64,000 nt of DNA from Vicugna vicugna (taxonomy: Eukaryota). A model generated the notes under the pieces. It had not been told where the DNA came from. It searched no databases and saw only the letters and a program-made list of their open reading frames with translations. This document shows positions 24,201-36,140 of this stretch, one piece after another; positions within the stretch are counted from its first letter, which is position 1; each line of letters opens with the position of its first letter. The stretch lies in assembly GCA_013265495.1 (NCBI GenBank), contig MU058540.1, positions 23,696 through 87,695 of the forward strand. The letters run 5' to 3'. Position numbers and translations under genes: made by a program.

Positions 24201-26814
24201 TAAGAAATTAAGACCCTCTCTCACAACATCATTCAAGTGTTGTTTTTATTTTCAGTAAACACTTTTTTCCTCGGACTTTGCATTCACAAATTCTAAATTA
24301 AGATCCAAGTCAATAAGCGTTTACTTTAAAAGCATTAAGCAAAATAGTAAAGAATAATTAGTAAAGTCAGTTTTTAAGGCTCTGTTTACCCTTCGGTTTT
24401 CTCTTGAGCTTATGTGATTGGGTAACTGAGCATTTTATTTAGTAATTTACCAAAGGTTTCTGGAGTTCATATAATTAAGACAGCCCCTTGCGTGGAAGAG
24501 GTCCAGGGCTAACGACACCGCGATACCCACTTAAGAAACCAGGATTATGATGAATAATGATTTGAAACCAAAAAGTGAAACTATATTATTTCTTGCCTGT
24601 AATACATTACCACGTGTGCAAGGTGCCCTGAGCGCAGCCGTGGAGCAGCCCTAACTCCCCCAGGCCGAGCTGTTAAGAAGCAAACACACCTGAGGCAGGA
24701 GGCGGGGATGTGCCGACTGAGTGGGAAGAGCGGCCCAGGACGCCCACAGGCGGTGGAGCCACGCCCAGCAGGCGGGGCCCGCCTCTGAGGGGAATGTTCC
24801 CGGGCAGCCAACGTCGTCTCCCTGCTGTGCCCTCGGTCCCCCCCTCAGCACAGGACGCCCCGGCCGTGCTGTCCCCTCCGTGGCCCCGGGGATCCCGCCC
24901 CGGAGGCCGCCCCGTCCCCGCCCCGCGCTGAGGCCGCCTGCGGAGGGCGGCGGCCGGCACTCACCCCGCCGCTGCAAGGTCGTGCCGACCTCCAGCTGGT
25001 AGTTGTATCTGCACACCGTGTCCAGCTCGGCCCGCTTCTGCTCCAGGTCGTCCTTCTGGCTGTTCCAGTACTCGGCGCTCGGCCGCCCCAGCTCGGTCAC
25101 CGCCCGGTACTCCCCGCCCTGCTCCCCCCAGTCGCTGTCGAAGCGCACGAACTCCTCCTGGTTGTAGATGTATCTGTCCACACTCCGCACCCGCTCCGTC
25201 CCGTTGGTGAAGTAGCACAGGCCCTTAAACTGGAACACGAAATCCTCTGCGGGGAGTCACCGCGTCAGTCAGGCCCCGGCCCCGCCGCAGCCCACAGCCC
25301 CACGCGCCGCCGCCCCGCCGGGCCGGGGAAGCCTGGCGCCGCCGCTCAGCCCCGGTTCCCGCCCGGCCCGGCCCCGCGCCTGCAGCCCCCAGCCCGGACC
25401 CTCCAGGCGGCTCTTCGCCGGCCTCCCGCCCGCCCTGACGGCTTCCACAGTGGCCTTGGTGTGAGGACACCCGCCTCTGCGGGCAGCCCGGGAGCCTGCG
25501 GAGCCTGAGAACCGACTACAGACGGCGGTCGGTTGATTGTCCATCCATCTCTGTACTTAGAGGTTCTCACGGGAAATCTCATTTTCCCTCCACCTCCTGG
25601 GAACCTCAGTGACAAACAAGTATCCACATGAGCACAAGGGTTCAAGGGGACGACGAAAGAGGCGCAGGACTACGCTCGTCCGCGTCCTGGCAGGCGCTTT
25701 CTCTTAGCACCCGGCAAAGTGCCCTCCTTCCCATGCCTGGGTTGACCCTGAGCTGCTGCCACCCGCGCCCAACTCCTGTGTGGTTAGAAGGGACAGACAC
25801 CTCCCCCAAAAAGGACAGTTTATTCACCGAAAGAGCAGACTTTCAAATTAGATTAATTAGATTCCAATAAAACTGACACAGTTACCAGCTTGGACAGGTT
25901 ATTTAACATAGTATGTAGATCATACATATAATTGTGCAAAAAGGAGGCCATTATATCTACACATAGGGGTATCAGGAAGATTGAGCGTCTATTTATATAA
26001 AGATATGAATCCTGTGTCTAAAATGACTGGTTCCTCCCTCTCTGTCTCTCTCTCTCTGTCTCTTTCTCTCTCTGTATATATACAAAATTTCCCTATGTTC
26101 TCCTTTCTCCTAAATTCAGTCCACCCTCAACTCAAGTCTCTGAATCCCACTCAAGTCACTATTTTACCACAAAACAGTAAAACTTGAGGTTAAGACTCTG
26201 TCAGTGGTCATCCAGTCAGCTTCACTCAAATACCAGAGTTTGCTTCCATGAACCCTCCTCTCAGAGTCAGGAATGTGGAGTCCTTCCCTCAAATACCAAG
26301 ACTACAGACCATGGCTGCCCTACACTTCCCTGACCCAGAATCCCATAGTACTTAGTCCAGACAAGGTCTTGGGGGACCCTGAAATGACAAATCCTGCTGT
26401 GTCTTCTTTGGAGAAATTCATATCTTAAAAAAAAAAAAAAGCTGCCCCTGGCACTTGTAGTAGATACACACTTTGTCTCCTCCTCCCGGTCATAACACCC
26501 CCAGGCAGAAGCCTATGGGGTGGAGTTGGTCCTCACCTAGTCATTTGAAGGTGGACATGAGAATGGAACATAGCTCTCCCTCCCTCTTTCCCAAAGAGAG
26601 CAAATGTGTGATGAAAGAACATATTCTGAGATCACACCCCAGCCCAAGGGCCCCTCAGAGCCTGGTCCCCAGAGTGGTGGCTCCGGGGAGCAGCTGCCCT
26701 GCACTTACGTGGAGAGTCTCTGCCCTCAGCCACTGGGGCGCTCAGCACCACCATCACCACCACAGCTGCTGCCCAAAGGCCTCTGGGCATCCGCAGAGCC
26801 ACCTTCCCAGACAT
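21261..26814 (-). CDS. DQB: MHC class II DQ beta chain, intact, 264 aa; complement(join(21261..21274,22352..22462,22966..23247,24965..25246,26709..26814))
   Basis: Exon 1 [35 protein letters not shown] (106 bp). Exon 2 [20 protein letters not shown]...LQRR (282 bp, 12 longer than the canonical 270). Exon 3 VEPTVTIS...[14 protein letters not shown] (282 bp). Exon 4 [36 protein letters not shown] (111 bp). Last exon GLVR*. All GT-AG. Confidence 0.96.
21861..21884 (-). pseudogene. Vestigial DQB exon 5 (24 bp, GCPGPPPE) with no splice donor
   Basis: Minus strand tttcgtag|GATGTCCTGGGCCTCCACCAGAAG|ccgcaatattt matches the DQB exon 5 pattern (GPQGPPPA). Acceptor AG is intact; there is no GT after the exon. 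Confidence 0.8.
23551..23660 (+). mobile_element. tRNA-Ala-derived SINE (Vic-1-like, camelid) in DQB intron 2
   Basis: GGGGGTATAGCTCAGTTGGTAGAGCGCATGCTT...GAGGTCCTGGGTTCAATCCCCAGTAGCTCCA (23555-23627) has A and B boxes and an AT-rich tail. Flanked by TTAAAAAT direct repeats (23543-23550, 23661-23668). Confidence 0.8.
24620..25540. other. CpG island over DQB exon 2 and flanking introns
   Basis: Very GC- and CpG-rich segment in an AT-rich background; typical of class II beta exon 2. Confidence 0.8.
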
Positions 26815-26946
26815 AATTGAGAACAGAGGAAGAAGCAATGGTAGTCAACACAGCTCACACCCAGTGGATCTGGTGTACCCACTTCAGAGAATAAAAACCT
26901 ATGAAAGCTTCCACACACAGCAGGATTGGGGAGTCCCTAGGAAAGG

Positions 26947-27013
26947 AGCCAATCAGCACTGGAGCTGAAGTGCCTCATCTGTCTCTGGGCAGGCATTTTT
27001 TTATGAAGGTTCT
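26947..27013 (-). promoter_or_regulatory. DQB proximal S-X-Y promoter module
   Basis: Minus strand: S AGAACCTT (27013-27006), X CCCAGAGACAGATG (26989-26976), Y CTGATTGG (26956-26949). Confidence 0.9.
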
Positions 27014-28569
27014 CAATCTAATGCCTGGCACTGTGTCTTCAGCGAATGACACTGGATGAACATTTGACATGAAGACTTTCTCTCAGTTATAAAAGATCTG
27101 AAGATTGAATGACTTAGGAGTTTAAAGAAGGAAAAGAAAAAAATGATTCAAGAGTAGACATCTCTGTGATATTTATTTAAAATCTAGTGTTCTTGAGTTT
27201 TTTGTAGGGAAAAATAAGTGGAGATTGTATTTCAGGGAGAGAAAATTATTGTCACAGAGATGTTCACTTCTATTATCTTAGACACTCTCAGGAGCCTCGA
27301 GTTGTGGTGAGAAAATCAGAGTTCATGAAGGACATGGTTTTGAGCTGGTTCTACCACTGAAGTGCTTTATGAGAGTCAACAAAATACTGAGCCTTTTTGC
27401 CTCAGACTTCTCTTTGTAAAATGTGAATCATGTTTCATGCATTTTATATCTAGGCTTCATATATTCAAACTAAAGAGTTATATGACCTGTTTAATATTGT
27501 GAAACGTTCCTTAGCCGCCATGTGTAACTACTGACAGTATCAGGTTAATACGTGGAGCAAGAAAACAAGCAAACAAACAACATTTGACAACCAGTCCTGC
27601 TGGCAAGTGATTCCTCATTACACTAAAATCTATTGCATTTATGCTCTTTGAATGAAAGTTTTTGGAGCGTTAAGTTGACTTTTCTCTTTAAAAAATCTCT
27701 TCAGCTGCTTAAATCTTCCCTGAAACATCTGATGTCAGCAAAGGCACAATCCACAAACGTGAACAGCCTTCAGACACAGTCACCTTTAGTTTTGAGGACA
27801 GAGAGCATAAGATGTGGAGAAGCATTTCCTAGGGCTTAACTAGTGTTAATCAGGGAGCAGATGCTTAAGTTACAGACTGTACTGTGCCAGCCCTAAGCAT
27901 CAAACCCCCAGTGGCAGAAGTATCGGCGTGTTATTTTAAATAAATGTACTATTCATCAGACTCCTCTTGCCCATGACTAGGGGCGGTGTGAAATGGTTGT
28001 AGAGCAATTAGAACAGTGCCTGGCAAACATTAATAAACACGACAGTAAGTATCCCTCCCTCTAATCTCTCCATCCTTCTCTCTCTTTCCTGAATTTTAGG
28101 TTCTTCTTTCAAAATAGAGGACAGGCTCTAAAAGCAGAACATAAGGAGTTGACCAGGTAGAAAGAAATCGGAAAGAGGCAACAACAAAAAGTTTCCATTA
28201 GCAGCACATGAAGGTGGTGAGTTTTTTCAATATTCTGAATTAGGTGCATAGTCCCAGAGCACCTGAGACTGGGAAATCCATCACTGGGCTTCCACCAACA
28301 GCAGAGTACTCGGGACAGGGATCACTCCAGAGTAAGGAGGGTTTCCACGCTGGGATGGAAGCATAGAGGAACATCAAACTCAGACCTGGAATAGGGTGGG
28401 GGAGGGACGACAAAGAATGGTCAGAGAGGGACTTTGAAGGTGACTCAGATCCCTCACACCCCACCTCAGGATCCCTTGAAATAAAGAAGACTCTGGTCCA
28501 TCCCCTCCCTCCTGTCTTAAGGGGGATGTCCCCTGCATTCTGTTCTGGGGCTGTGCCCTGGAGTCTGCG

Positions 28570-28913
28570 TCAGACCTGGGGGATTGCCCAGGTCTCACAA
28601 GCCTCTTCACACAGACTTTTCACCTAGCAACAAGAGTGTCAGCTTAAAATCCTTTTTCTGATTTGCTAAAACCTCATTTTCATGGCTCTGGTTTGGGCTT
28701 CCTCTTGCTGCTTCCCCCTAAGCCAGGCAGCATTCTCTACCTTTTCTAGAGTTCTCTGCACTGCCCATATCCCTGCTGCATTACTCGGGGCAGTCCCTGC
28801 TGGCCTGGCCTCAGAGAAAGGCAACACAAACAACATTCTGATTCTAGGGACTTACCTGAATTATTTCACTGGGACTCTGTAGAGGACTCTGTAGAGGACG
28901 AGGGCAGTGTGCA
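28570..28913 (+). pseudogene. Fossil class II alpha-chain promoter plus degenerate exon 1, head-to-head with DQB
   Basis: kB-like GGGGATTGCCC (~28579); X1 CCTAGCAACAAGAG plus TGTCA (28623-28641); Y-like CTGATTTG (28658-28665); tctggtttgggc as in the DQA promoter. Exon 1-like ctgattctaggg...ctctgtagagg...gtgtgcac has no ATG and no GT donor. Confidence 0.75.
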
Positions 28914-29999
28914 CCCCATGTGGGTAGACGGTGGGATCAAGAAACAGTCATTGATATGGGTCAGGGTTACTGTAGGGAGACTCTCACGGTGCATCCTCTG
29001 TAACCTCAGGGTGGAAGATAAAGGTGTGGACTACTTCCTTGTGGAAATTCAGCTCAGCAGCTAAAGGGCTATAATCATTCCAGGCAAAGACACATATTTG
29101 AGTATTCACACAGAGGTTTGACAAGATTTGGAGTGGGAAGATAAGGTCACTCATGTGTAGTTTGGTATGATTAGAGGGTGGAATTCAGGTATCCTAGTCT
29201 TTGTGAGATTTGATGATGTACCATTGAAAGTTGCCTGGATTTTCTTCAGCTTAACAAGAAAAATTCGAGGGAATTTAAGCAGAGGAGTGCTATGATATGC
29301 TCCTCTGGTTATAAAGCCACCTTGGAAGCAGTATGAAGGGGACTTTTCAGAACTGTAGATTACTTTTTGTGATCCAAAAAGGATCCAGGTTAATTTGATG
29401 AACCCAATCCACCAAAAGCCAGTTTACTGAAGAACCAATGTACCAATGACCAGTTTGTGAAATTTACCAAAATGATTGATGTACCCTAAACTCATTTTCT
29501 TTTTTTTATTTCTAAGGTTTGTGTAAATTCATATATGATGGCTTGGAGGGCTTGAAGGTGTTTTAGAGGGCTAAGAATCACAGACCTCTGAGTATCTGTG
29601 TCCTTCTTGCCCTCCCATGGGCCCTGTTCTCTCACTCCCTGGGACTCCACTCCATCTTTCTTCCATCAAACAGCTCCAGTTTCCATGAAGCTTTATAACC
29701 AATGCATTTATAGAGACAAAATGAAAACAGGTCAATTATATCACAGATAATTTCAGAAATTGTTTTAAATGCTTTTAATATAAGTTGGAATAAATATTTT
29801 AAATAGTTGAGAAGTGTTTTGGTTGAATTTGGTAAATTTCATAAATTGATCCTTCAGAGAAATTAGCAAAAGAGCCCTTAAAATGCTAAAATATTGATTA
29901 AATAAAATATAACTTTTAAAAGGATTTGGTACCAATATAAATATAAACTGAAAATTTACTGTTTGACATGAGGACATTACTGTAATGTTCATGTTCTAC

Positions 30000-32510
30000 A
30001 CAAGGCTAATGCTTCAATACTGGAGGAGGTGGCTGTTTCATCTAATGCATAGAAACCAACACAGAGAGTCTGTTTCATCTAATGTATGAAAACCAACATG
30101 GAGAGTCAAGAAAAATGAACAAAATAACTGAAGAGTACATTCCAAACAAAATAACAAGATACAACCTCAAGAGAGAAAAAAAAAACCTTAGTAGAAAGGA
30201 CACAAGTCATTCACTTGATGAAGAGTACTGGTCATAAAAATGCTCACTAAACTTGGGAGAAGAATAGATGAACACAGTGAGAACTTCAACAAAGAGACAG
30301 AAAATATAAGAAAATTAAAAGAGAACACACAGAATAGATGAATCAGAAGAAAGGATCAGTGAACTTAAAAGAAAAACCAGAGCAACTTGGCTAATCAGAG
30401 CAGCTAAAAGGAAAAAAAATGGAAAAACAAGTAAAGGTAACTTAAGGGACTCATGGGACAACCTCAAGTGGACTAACATATGCTTCCTGGAGTCCCAGAG
30501 GAAAAGAGAGCAAGAATGGGACAGAAATTTTATTTGAAGAAATAATGGTTAAAAACTTCCTTGATCTTGGAAAAGAAATAGACATCCAGATCCAGGAAGC
30601 TGAGAGTTTAAATAATATCAGTCCAAAAAAATCCATACCAAGACACGTTATAATTAAAATGTTAAAAGTTAAAGACAAGGATAGAATCTTAAAAGCAACG
30701 AAAGAAAAACAATTAGTTACATACAACGGAATCCCCATAAGACTATCAGCAGATTTTCAGCACAAACTTTGTAGAATGAGTAGCACAATGTATGTGGAGT
30801 ACTGAAAGAAAAAAAATTTCCAACCAAGATTACTCTACCTGGCAGCTGTCAGTCAGGACTGAAGGAGAAATAAAGAGTTCTCCAGACAAGCAAAAGCTAA
30901 AGAATCTCATCAGAACTAGACTGGCCTTACAGAAAATATGTATAGGGACTTCTTTAAGCTGAAAACAATGAGTGCTAATTAGTAACAAGGAAACATGAAG
31001 ATATAAATCTCAACGGTAAAGGTAAATATACAGGAAAGGTAGTGGATTCACCACTCAAAAAGCTAGAATGAAGATCAAAAGACAAAAGTAGTAAAAAATA
31101 ACTAGCTACAATAATTAGTTGAGATACAAGATATAAAAAGATGTAAAATGTGACATCAAAAACACAAAAATTGGGGAAGATAGAAATGTAGAGCTTTAGA
31201 ATACATTCCAACTTAAGTTGTTATCAAATTTTAGTAGACTGTTATAAGTTGTTATATGTAAGCCTCATAGTAACTTCAAAGCAAAAACTTATAGTAAATA
31301 CACAAAACATAAAGAGAAAAAAATCTAAGTACACCATTATAGAAAGTCATCAAGTACAATGAATGAGAGCAAGAAAAGAAAGAACAGAACTACAAAACAG
31401 CTATAAAATAATTAACAATATAAGAATAAGTACACATCTATCAATAATTACTTTAAATGTAAAGGGACTAAATTAGCCAATCAAAAAACATGGAGTGCCA
31501 AATGCATAAAAAGACAATACCTATCTATATTCTGTGAACAACACACACTGTAGGTGTAAGGACATACACAGACTGCAAGTGAAGGGGTAAAAAATATATT
31601 CCATACAAATGGAATCAAAAAGAAAGCTGGGGTAACTTTATCTATATCAGACAAGATAGACATTAAAACAAAGACTGTAATAAAAGATGAAGAAGGGCAT
31701 TACATAATAATAAAGGGGTCAATCTAATAAGAAGCTATAACATTTATAAATATTAATGCATCCAAAATGGGAGCACTTAATATTTGAAGCAAATATTAGC
31801 AGACATAAGCAGAGAAATAGATAGCAATACAAAATAATAGTAGTGTTCTTCAACAGCCCACTTCCATCAATGGTTAGATTGTCCAAACAGAAAATCAATA
31901 ATGAAACATTGGCTTTAAATGATATGTTACACAGATAGACTTAACAAGTATATAAAGAACATTGCACCCAACAGAATGCACATTCTTCCCAAGTTCATAT
32001 GAGTCATTCTTCAGGTTAGATTAAATGTTAGGCCACAAAAGTCTTAACAAATGTAGGAATATTAAAATCATACCAAGCATCTTTTCTGATCACAATAGTA
32101 TGAAACTATAAATCAATTACAAAAAGAGAACTAGGAAAAAACACATATGTGTGAATATTAAATGATATGCTACTGAGCAGCCAGTGAGTCAATAAGGAAA
32201 TCAAAAGTAAAATTTAAAAAGCTTTGACATAAATGAAAATGGAAATAAAACATACCAAAATTTATGGGATGCAGTAGAAGCAGTTTTAAAAGGAAAGTTC
32301 ATAGTAAAAACAAATACATACCTCAAGAAAGAAAAATCTCAAGTAAACAACCTAGCTTTATACCTCACGGTACCTGAAAAAGAAGAATAAACAAAGCTCA
32401 AATCTACTGAAAGGAAGGAAATAACAAAGATCAGAGCAGAAATAAAATACACTGAAAGATCACAGAAAGATCAGTGAAACTAAAAGCTGCTTCTTTGAAA
32501 TGATAAACAA
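30000..32510 (+). mobile_element. Degenerate LINE-1: ORF1 and ORF2 endonuclease region
   Basis: ORF 30545-30805 IQIQEAESLNNISPKKSIPRHVIIKMLKVKDKDRILKATKEKQLVTYNGIPIRLSADF is L1 ORF1. Downstream ttaccttaaatgtaa-like and endonuclease motifs (gaagggcattacataataataaaggggtcaat) carry many stops and frameshifts. Confidence 0.9.
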
Positions 32511-32606
32511 AAGTTTGTGTTTATTATCATCAGCCTCAGTGCATCAGTGTCTTCAAATTGTCTGCTGATGCCTTGTGTTTGCCTCCTCACCTAGCTTTGT
32601 GTCTTT

Positions 32607-32630
32607 TGTGTGTGTGTGTGTGTGTGTGTG
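32607..32630 (+). repeat. (TG)12 microsatellite
   Basis: Direct reading. Confidence 0.95.
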
Positions 32631-33399
32631 CCACTCCCAAAGAGAATTTGTCTCTTAAAGCTCTCCCAGCAATATTCCACTTACATCCATTACTTTTACT
32701 CAGTGCTTGTTAGTTTGGTGGTGAGATATGGGATGGGGTCATTCTCTGATGTTATGTTTGTGCTTCAATCTTAGGCAGGCACTGTGGGCTTGGGTCTCAT
32801 CACGGTAACCTTCACAAGTGTTTTTGCCCCTCCCCATGGGTAGAACTTCTTCCCTCACTCTCCTCCCCAGATAGAGTTGGTTACCACCAGTATCTTCAGG
32901 CTATAATTGTGATGCTTTCCTCCCTGAAGATTTAAGTCTTTATTACTTAGGGGAAATGAGATAAGAGAGATAGATCCATCAAGAGAATTTTTTATTTCAG
33001 ATACTGTTTTTATTTCTAGATGTATGTTTTATTATTTTTATATCTTCTATTTCTCTACTCACCGTGTCTTTATTTCTATAAATCCTTAAGTATATTTATC
33101 ATAGATGTTTTAACATCTTTGTCTGCTAATTCCATTGTTTTCTACTCCTTTTTATCACTGACCTCTTACTTTCCTCAATATAGTTAATGGTTCTCTTTCT
33201 TGGTGTGTCTGGTAATTTTCATCAGATGCTTAACATTGTGGATTTTATTTTGTTAAGTACTTGATTTTTATTATATTTCTTTAAAGAATGTTATTTATTA
33301 TAACAGGCAGTTAATTTACTTGCAGAACAGCTCAATCGTTTTGAGGTTTCTTTTTAAACTTCATTATACGTGCACTCAACAGGCCTGTACTCAGCAAAA

Positions 33400-34670
33400 G
33401 TGATCTAGTTAATGGCATAGCCGAGTCCCAATATACCAACAATAGGGAATGACACTGAGCTCTTAATATGGCACCATTTCTTGGGAAGACCAAGCTAAAT
33501 GATAGCAGACTGACTATATCAAAACCTTCCACCTTGGAGGGGAAGTGATTTATCCTTCCTAGACTTGGTATATATTTCAGATATGGGTTTGCCATTTTTG
33601 CCCACAGTGCCTCCAAAACTATCACCATCCAAGGACTCATGATATGTCATATTGATTGATGTAAAACCTCAGGTCACAGAACCCATTTACTAACAAAGGA
33701 GATATGGCAATAGGCTTATGATACATAGCCCATTATCAAGATGTATCTGTCCAACAAAATGATTGAATGGTGTTGGCTGGAGGACACTGCCCTCTAAGAT
33801 GTGATGTAAAACTTGAACGAATGATGTGAACCAAGGAGTGGCTCCTTTCACTAGTAAACCTAGTTGTGGAATTTATGCTAATTGTCCCCTGTAAACTTGC
33901 GTTCTCCTGATTTAGATACCCTGATCGCTGAAAGAGAAATGTTTCTGCAAAGTTACCCAGTAAGATTTCAATCATCTCAAAAACCATCTATCTCCATCTC
34001 AAGCCAGGAGACCAAGGAGCAAACAAGGGTGTTTATGTACCGAATGGAGAAACTGATCTTAATTACAATGGGAAACAGCTTGCTCATACACAGTAAGGGC
34101 AGGGAGGAATATGTGTGCAACCCTGGAATTTACTGGACGGTCTTTTAATACTTTTATGTGTGGTAATAACTGGCATAGACGCTAAAATAATCGTAGCCCA
34201 ACAAGGGCAGGGTAATTTAGAGCACAGACCCTTCTGGGAAGGTAGTCTCTGCAATTAGCCAGAAATATGATCTAGACTAAATTCATAGGAGGAAGGGAAT
34301 CAAGAGTGGTTTGTGAAGGAGACACATGATAAAGCTTACTTACAGTCACAAGGGCAGTTATAGCAGTGGACGCTGTAGCAAATCTCACTAACCCCCTTGC
34401 CCTAGTCTTCTAGGAGACCACAACTGTCCACCGTTCTTGACCTCTCTTCTTAAGGAAAATTGAGATGTGTTAATTTTCACTTAAAAAATGTGAGGCAACA
34501 TGCTGAAGTATGGGAGCCTTGGTCCCTGCATCACCACCTGGAGGAGCGTTACTAATCCTCAGCATCCACCGCCTGTTGCTACATTAGTGAGATGTAAACC
34601 TCTACTGTGTCTGAAGCCGTCGTACATTCACGGGTTTATCTGGTACAGCCGTTTGGCCTACCCTAATTAA
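33400..34670 (+). mobile_element. ERVL/MaLR internal (integrase-like) remnant followed by MLT1-like LTR end
   Basis: tcagatatgggtttgccatttttgcccacagtgcctccaaaactatcaccatccaaggactc resembles the ERVL integrase motif YSGYGFAFPA.NAS.KTTI.GL. LTR 3' end gagatgtaaacctctactgtgtctgaagcc...ccctaattaacaca at ~34590-34673. Confidence 0.6.
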
Positions 34671-36077
34671 CACAGGAAGAAAAAAAAGATGGAGACATCA
34701 TTTTTTCCCATAAAATGGGGAAACCTCAAGAAGTGTGATAATACATTCTCAGAGATTGATGATGAGTTGTAAACAGAGGAAAATTTGGTACCATCAATCA
34801 AAATTACAAGTATGCAGCTTCGACCTAACAATTCCACCTCACAATTCATCCTTCATGTATCTTGAACACATATAAAGTAACGAATATATAAAGCTATTCA
34901 TTGCACTGCTGTTTAAAAGAACAAAGATAGAAAACAACCAAAATGTCTATCGCTATCAGACTACTGATGAGTATTTTCAAAATGAGGCAGATAAATTTAT
35001 GTCCAGATATGAAAACACATCAAAGATAAATGGTTAATTGAAAAAAATCATAGCATAACATACTACGATTTGTGTTAATAATAGACAGCTATTCAGATGA
35101 TAGATGGAGATAGATGGTTTTTGCTGTAATATATTGAGAATATTTCTGGAAGGATAAACAAAAAGTACTAACAATGGCTGTCTCCTCAGAGGCACGCTTG
35201 ATAGCTCTTTCTTTGGGTTGGGAGAGAGGTAAACTTTCTACTATAAAGCAGCTTGGTACCAAATTTTTGTTATGAACATGTGTATATTAGCTGTTCAAAA
35301 TCAGTTGAATTTAAAAAACAAACCAAGAAAAACATGAAGAAAAATAAATGAGCACATAACCATTTTAATGGTTTCTGTGGACAAGTTTCACTGAAATGAT
35401 TCTCATTTTTTGGTCTTAGGATCGTCAGAGATGTAAGACAGGATCTCACTAAAACATTCAACTGATGCTGATGCCCAATTAGCAGCTAGAGAATGTGTCT
35501 AGATTTCAGACCACTTCAGTCCTCCCTGCCCGGTCCTTACCTTAGCCTTCTGAGCAGGGCCTCTTCCTCACTGACCTGTCTTCTTCTCATGTGCTCAGTC
35601 AGAATATGGAGCTTGCCTTTCATTGACATATTACCTCCTAAGTCTGTATCAATCAAATTGATTCTGATTATTTTAAAAGCACCTTATAGAGAGACTACCT
35701 TGTTGAAAGTTATGTTTGAATCTGGGCACTCTGTCTTGTTATCTTGTACTGATATTACTTCAAAATTGTTTTTACCTATATTTTTCACACTTGTGGGAAA
35801 TTATTATATTGTAAGTCAGCCTAAAATGCTTGTGAATCAAAACTTACTGTAAGAAATTGAGAAAAAAGTTTTCAGTTAGATAAAACTAGCAGACCAGACA
35901 CGCAGGACAAGAGGAACAACAACTACGTAACCGCTCTGAATCACACGCCTGGCTCTTGGAGGAGAGGAAGTTTGCTTTGGTGGTAGAAAGTGGTTACTAG
36001 ACCACAGAGTAACCAAATATGGAATGTTGCTTTAAACAAATTCACGAAGTTGTGCTTAAGTTAAACCATTAAATACT

Positions 36078-36140
36078 TTCCTCTCCAGCTAATAAACAGA
36101 TATGAGGCAGTGTCACTTGTCTCTGGCAGACTAAGCCACT
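36078..36140 (-). promoter_or_regulatory. Degenerate orphan X-Y-like module (paralog of the 40.9 kb module)
   Basis: ctctccagctaat...atgaggcagtgtcacttgtctctggcagac aligns with 40884-40938. X-like GCCAGAGACAAGTGA on the minus strand; CCAAT decayed to CTAAT. Confidence 0.5.

Noticed and set aside
24581..25645. Many overlapping ORFs around DQB exon 2 (likewise 50074-51187 around the DRB-like exon 2)
   Set aside because: Stop-poor CpG island sequence; only the spliced beta-1 exon frame is supported.
26709..26814. DQB exon 1 one codon shorter than the usual 109 bp
   Set aside because: In-frame change in the hydrophobic signal peptide; unlikely to matter.
30033..30106. 37-bp tandem duplication
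   Set aside because: Two diverged copies at the edge of an L1; ordinary slippage, not an array.
35520..35620. Possible DOB exon remnant (aggctaag|gtaagg on the minus strand)
   Set aside because: Donor-like site only; the translation does not resemble class II beta exons.
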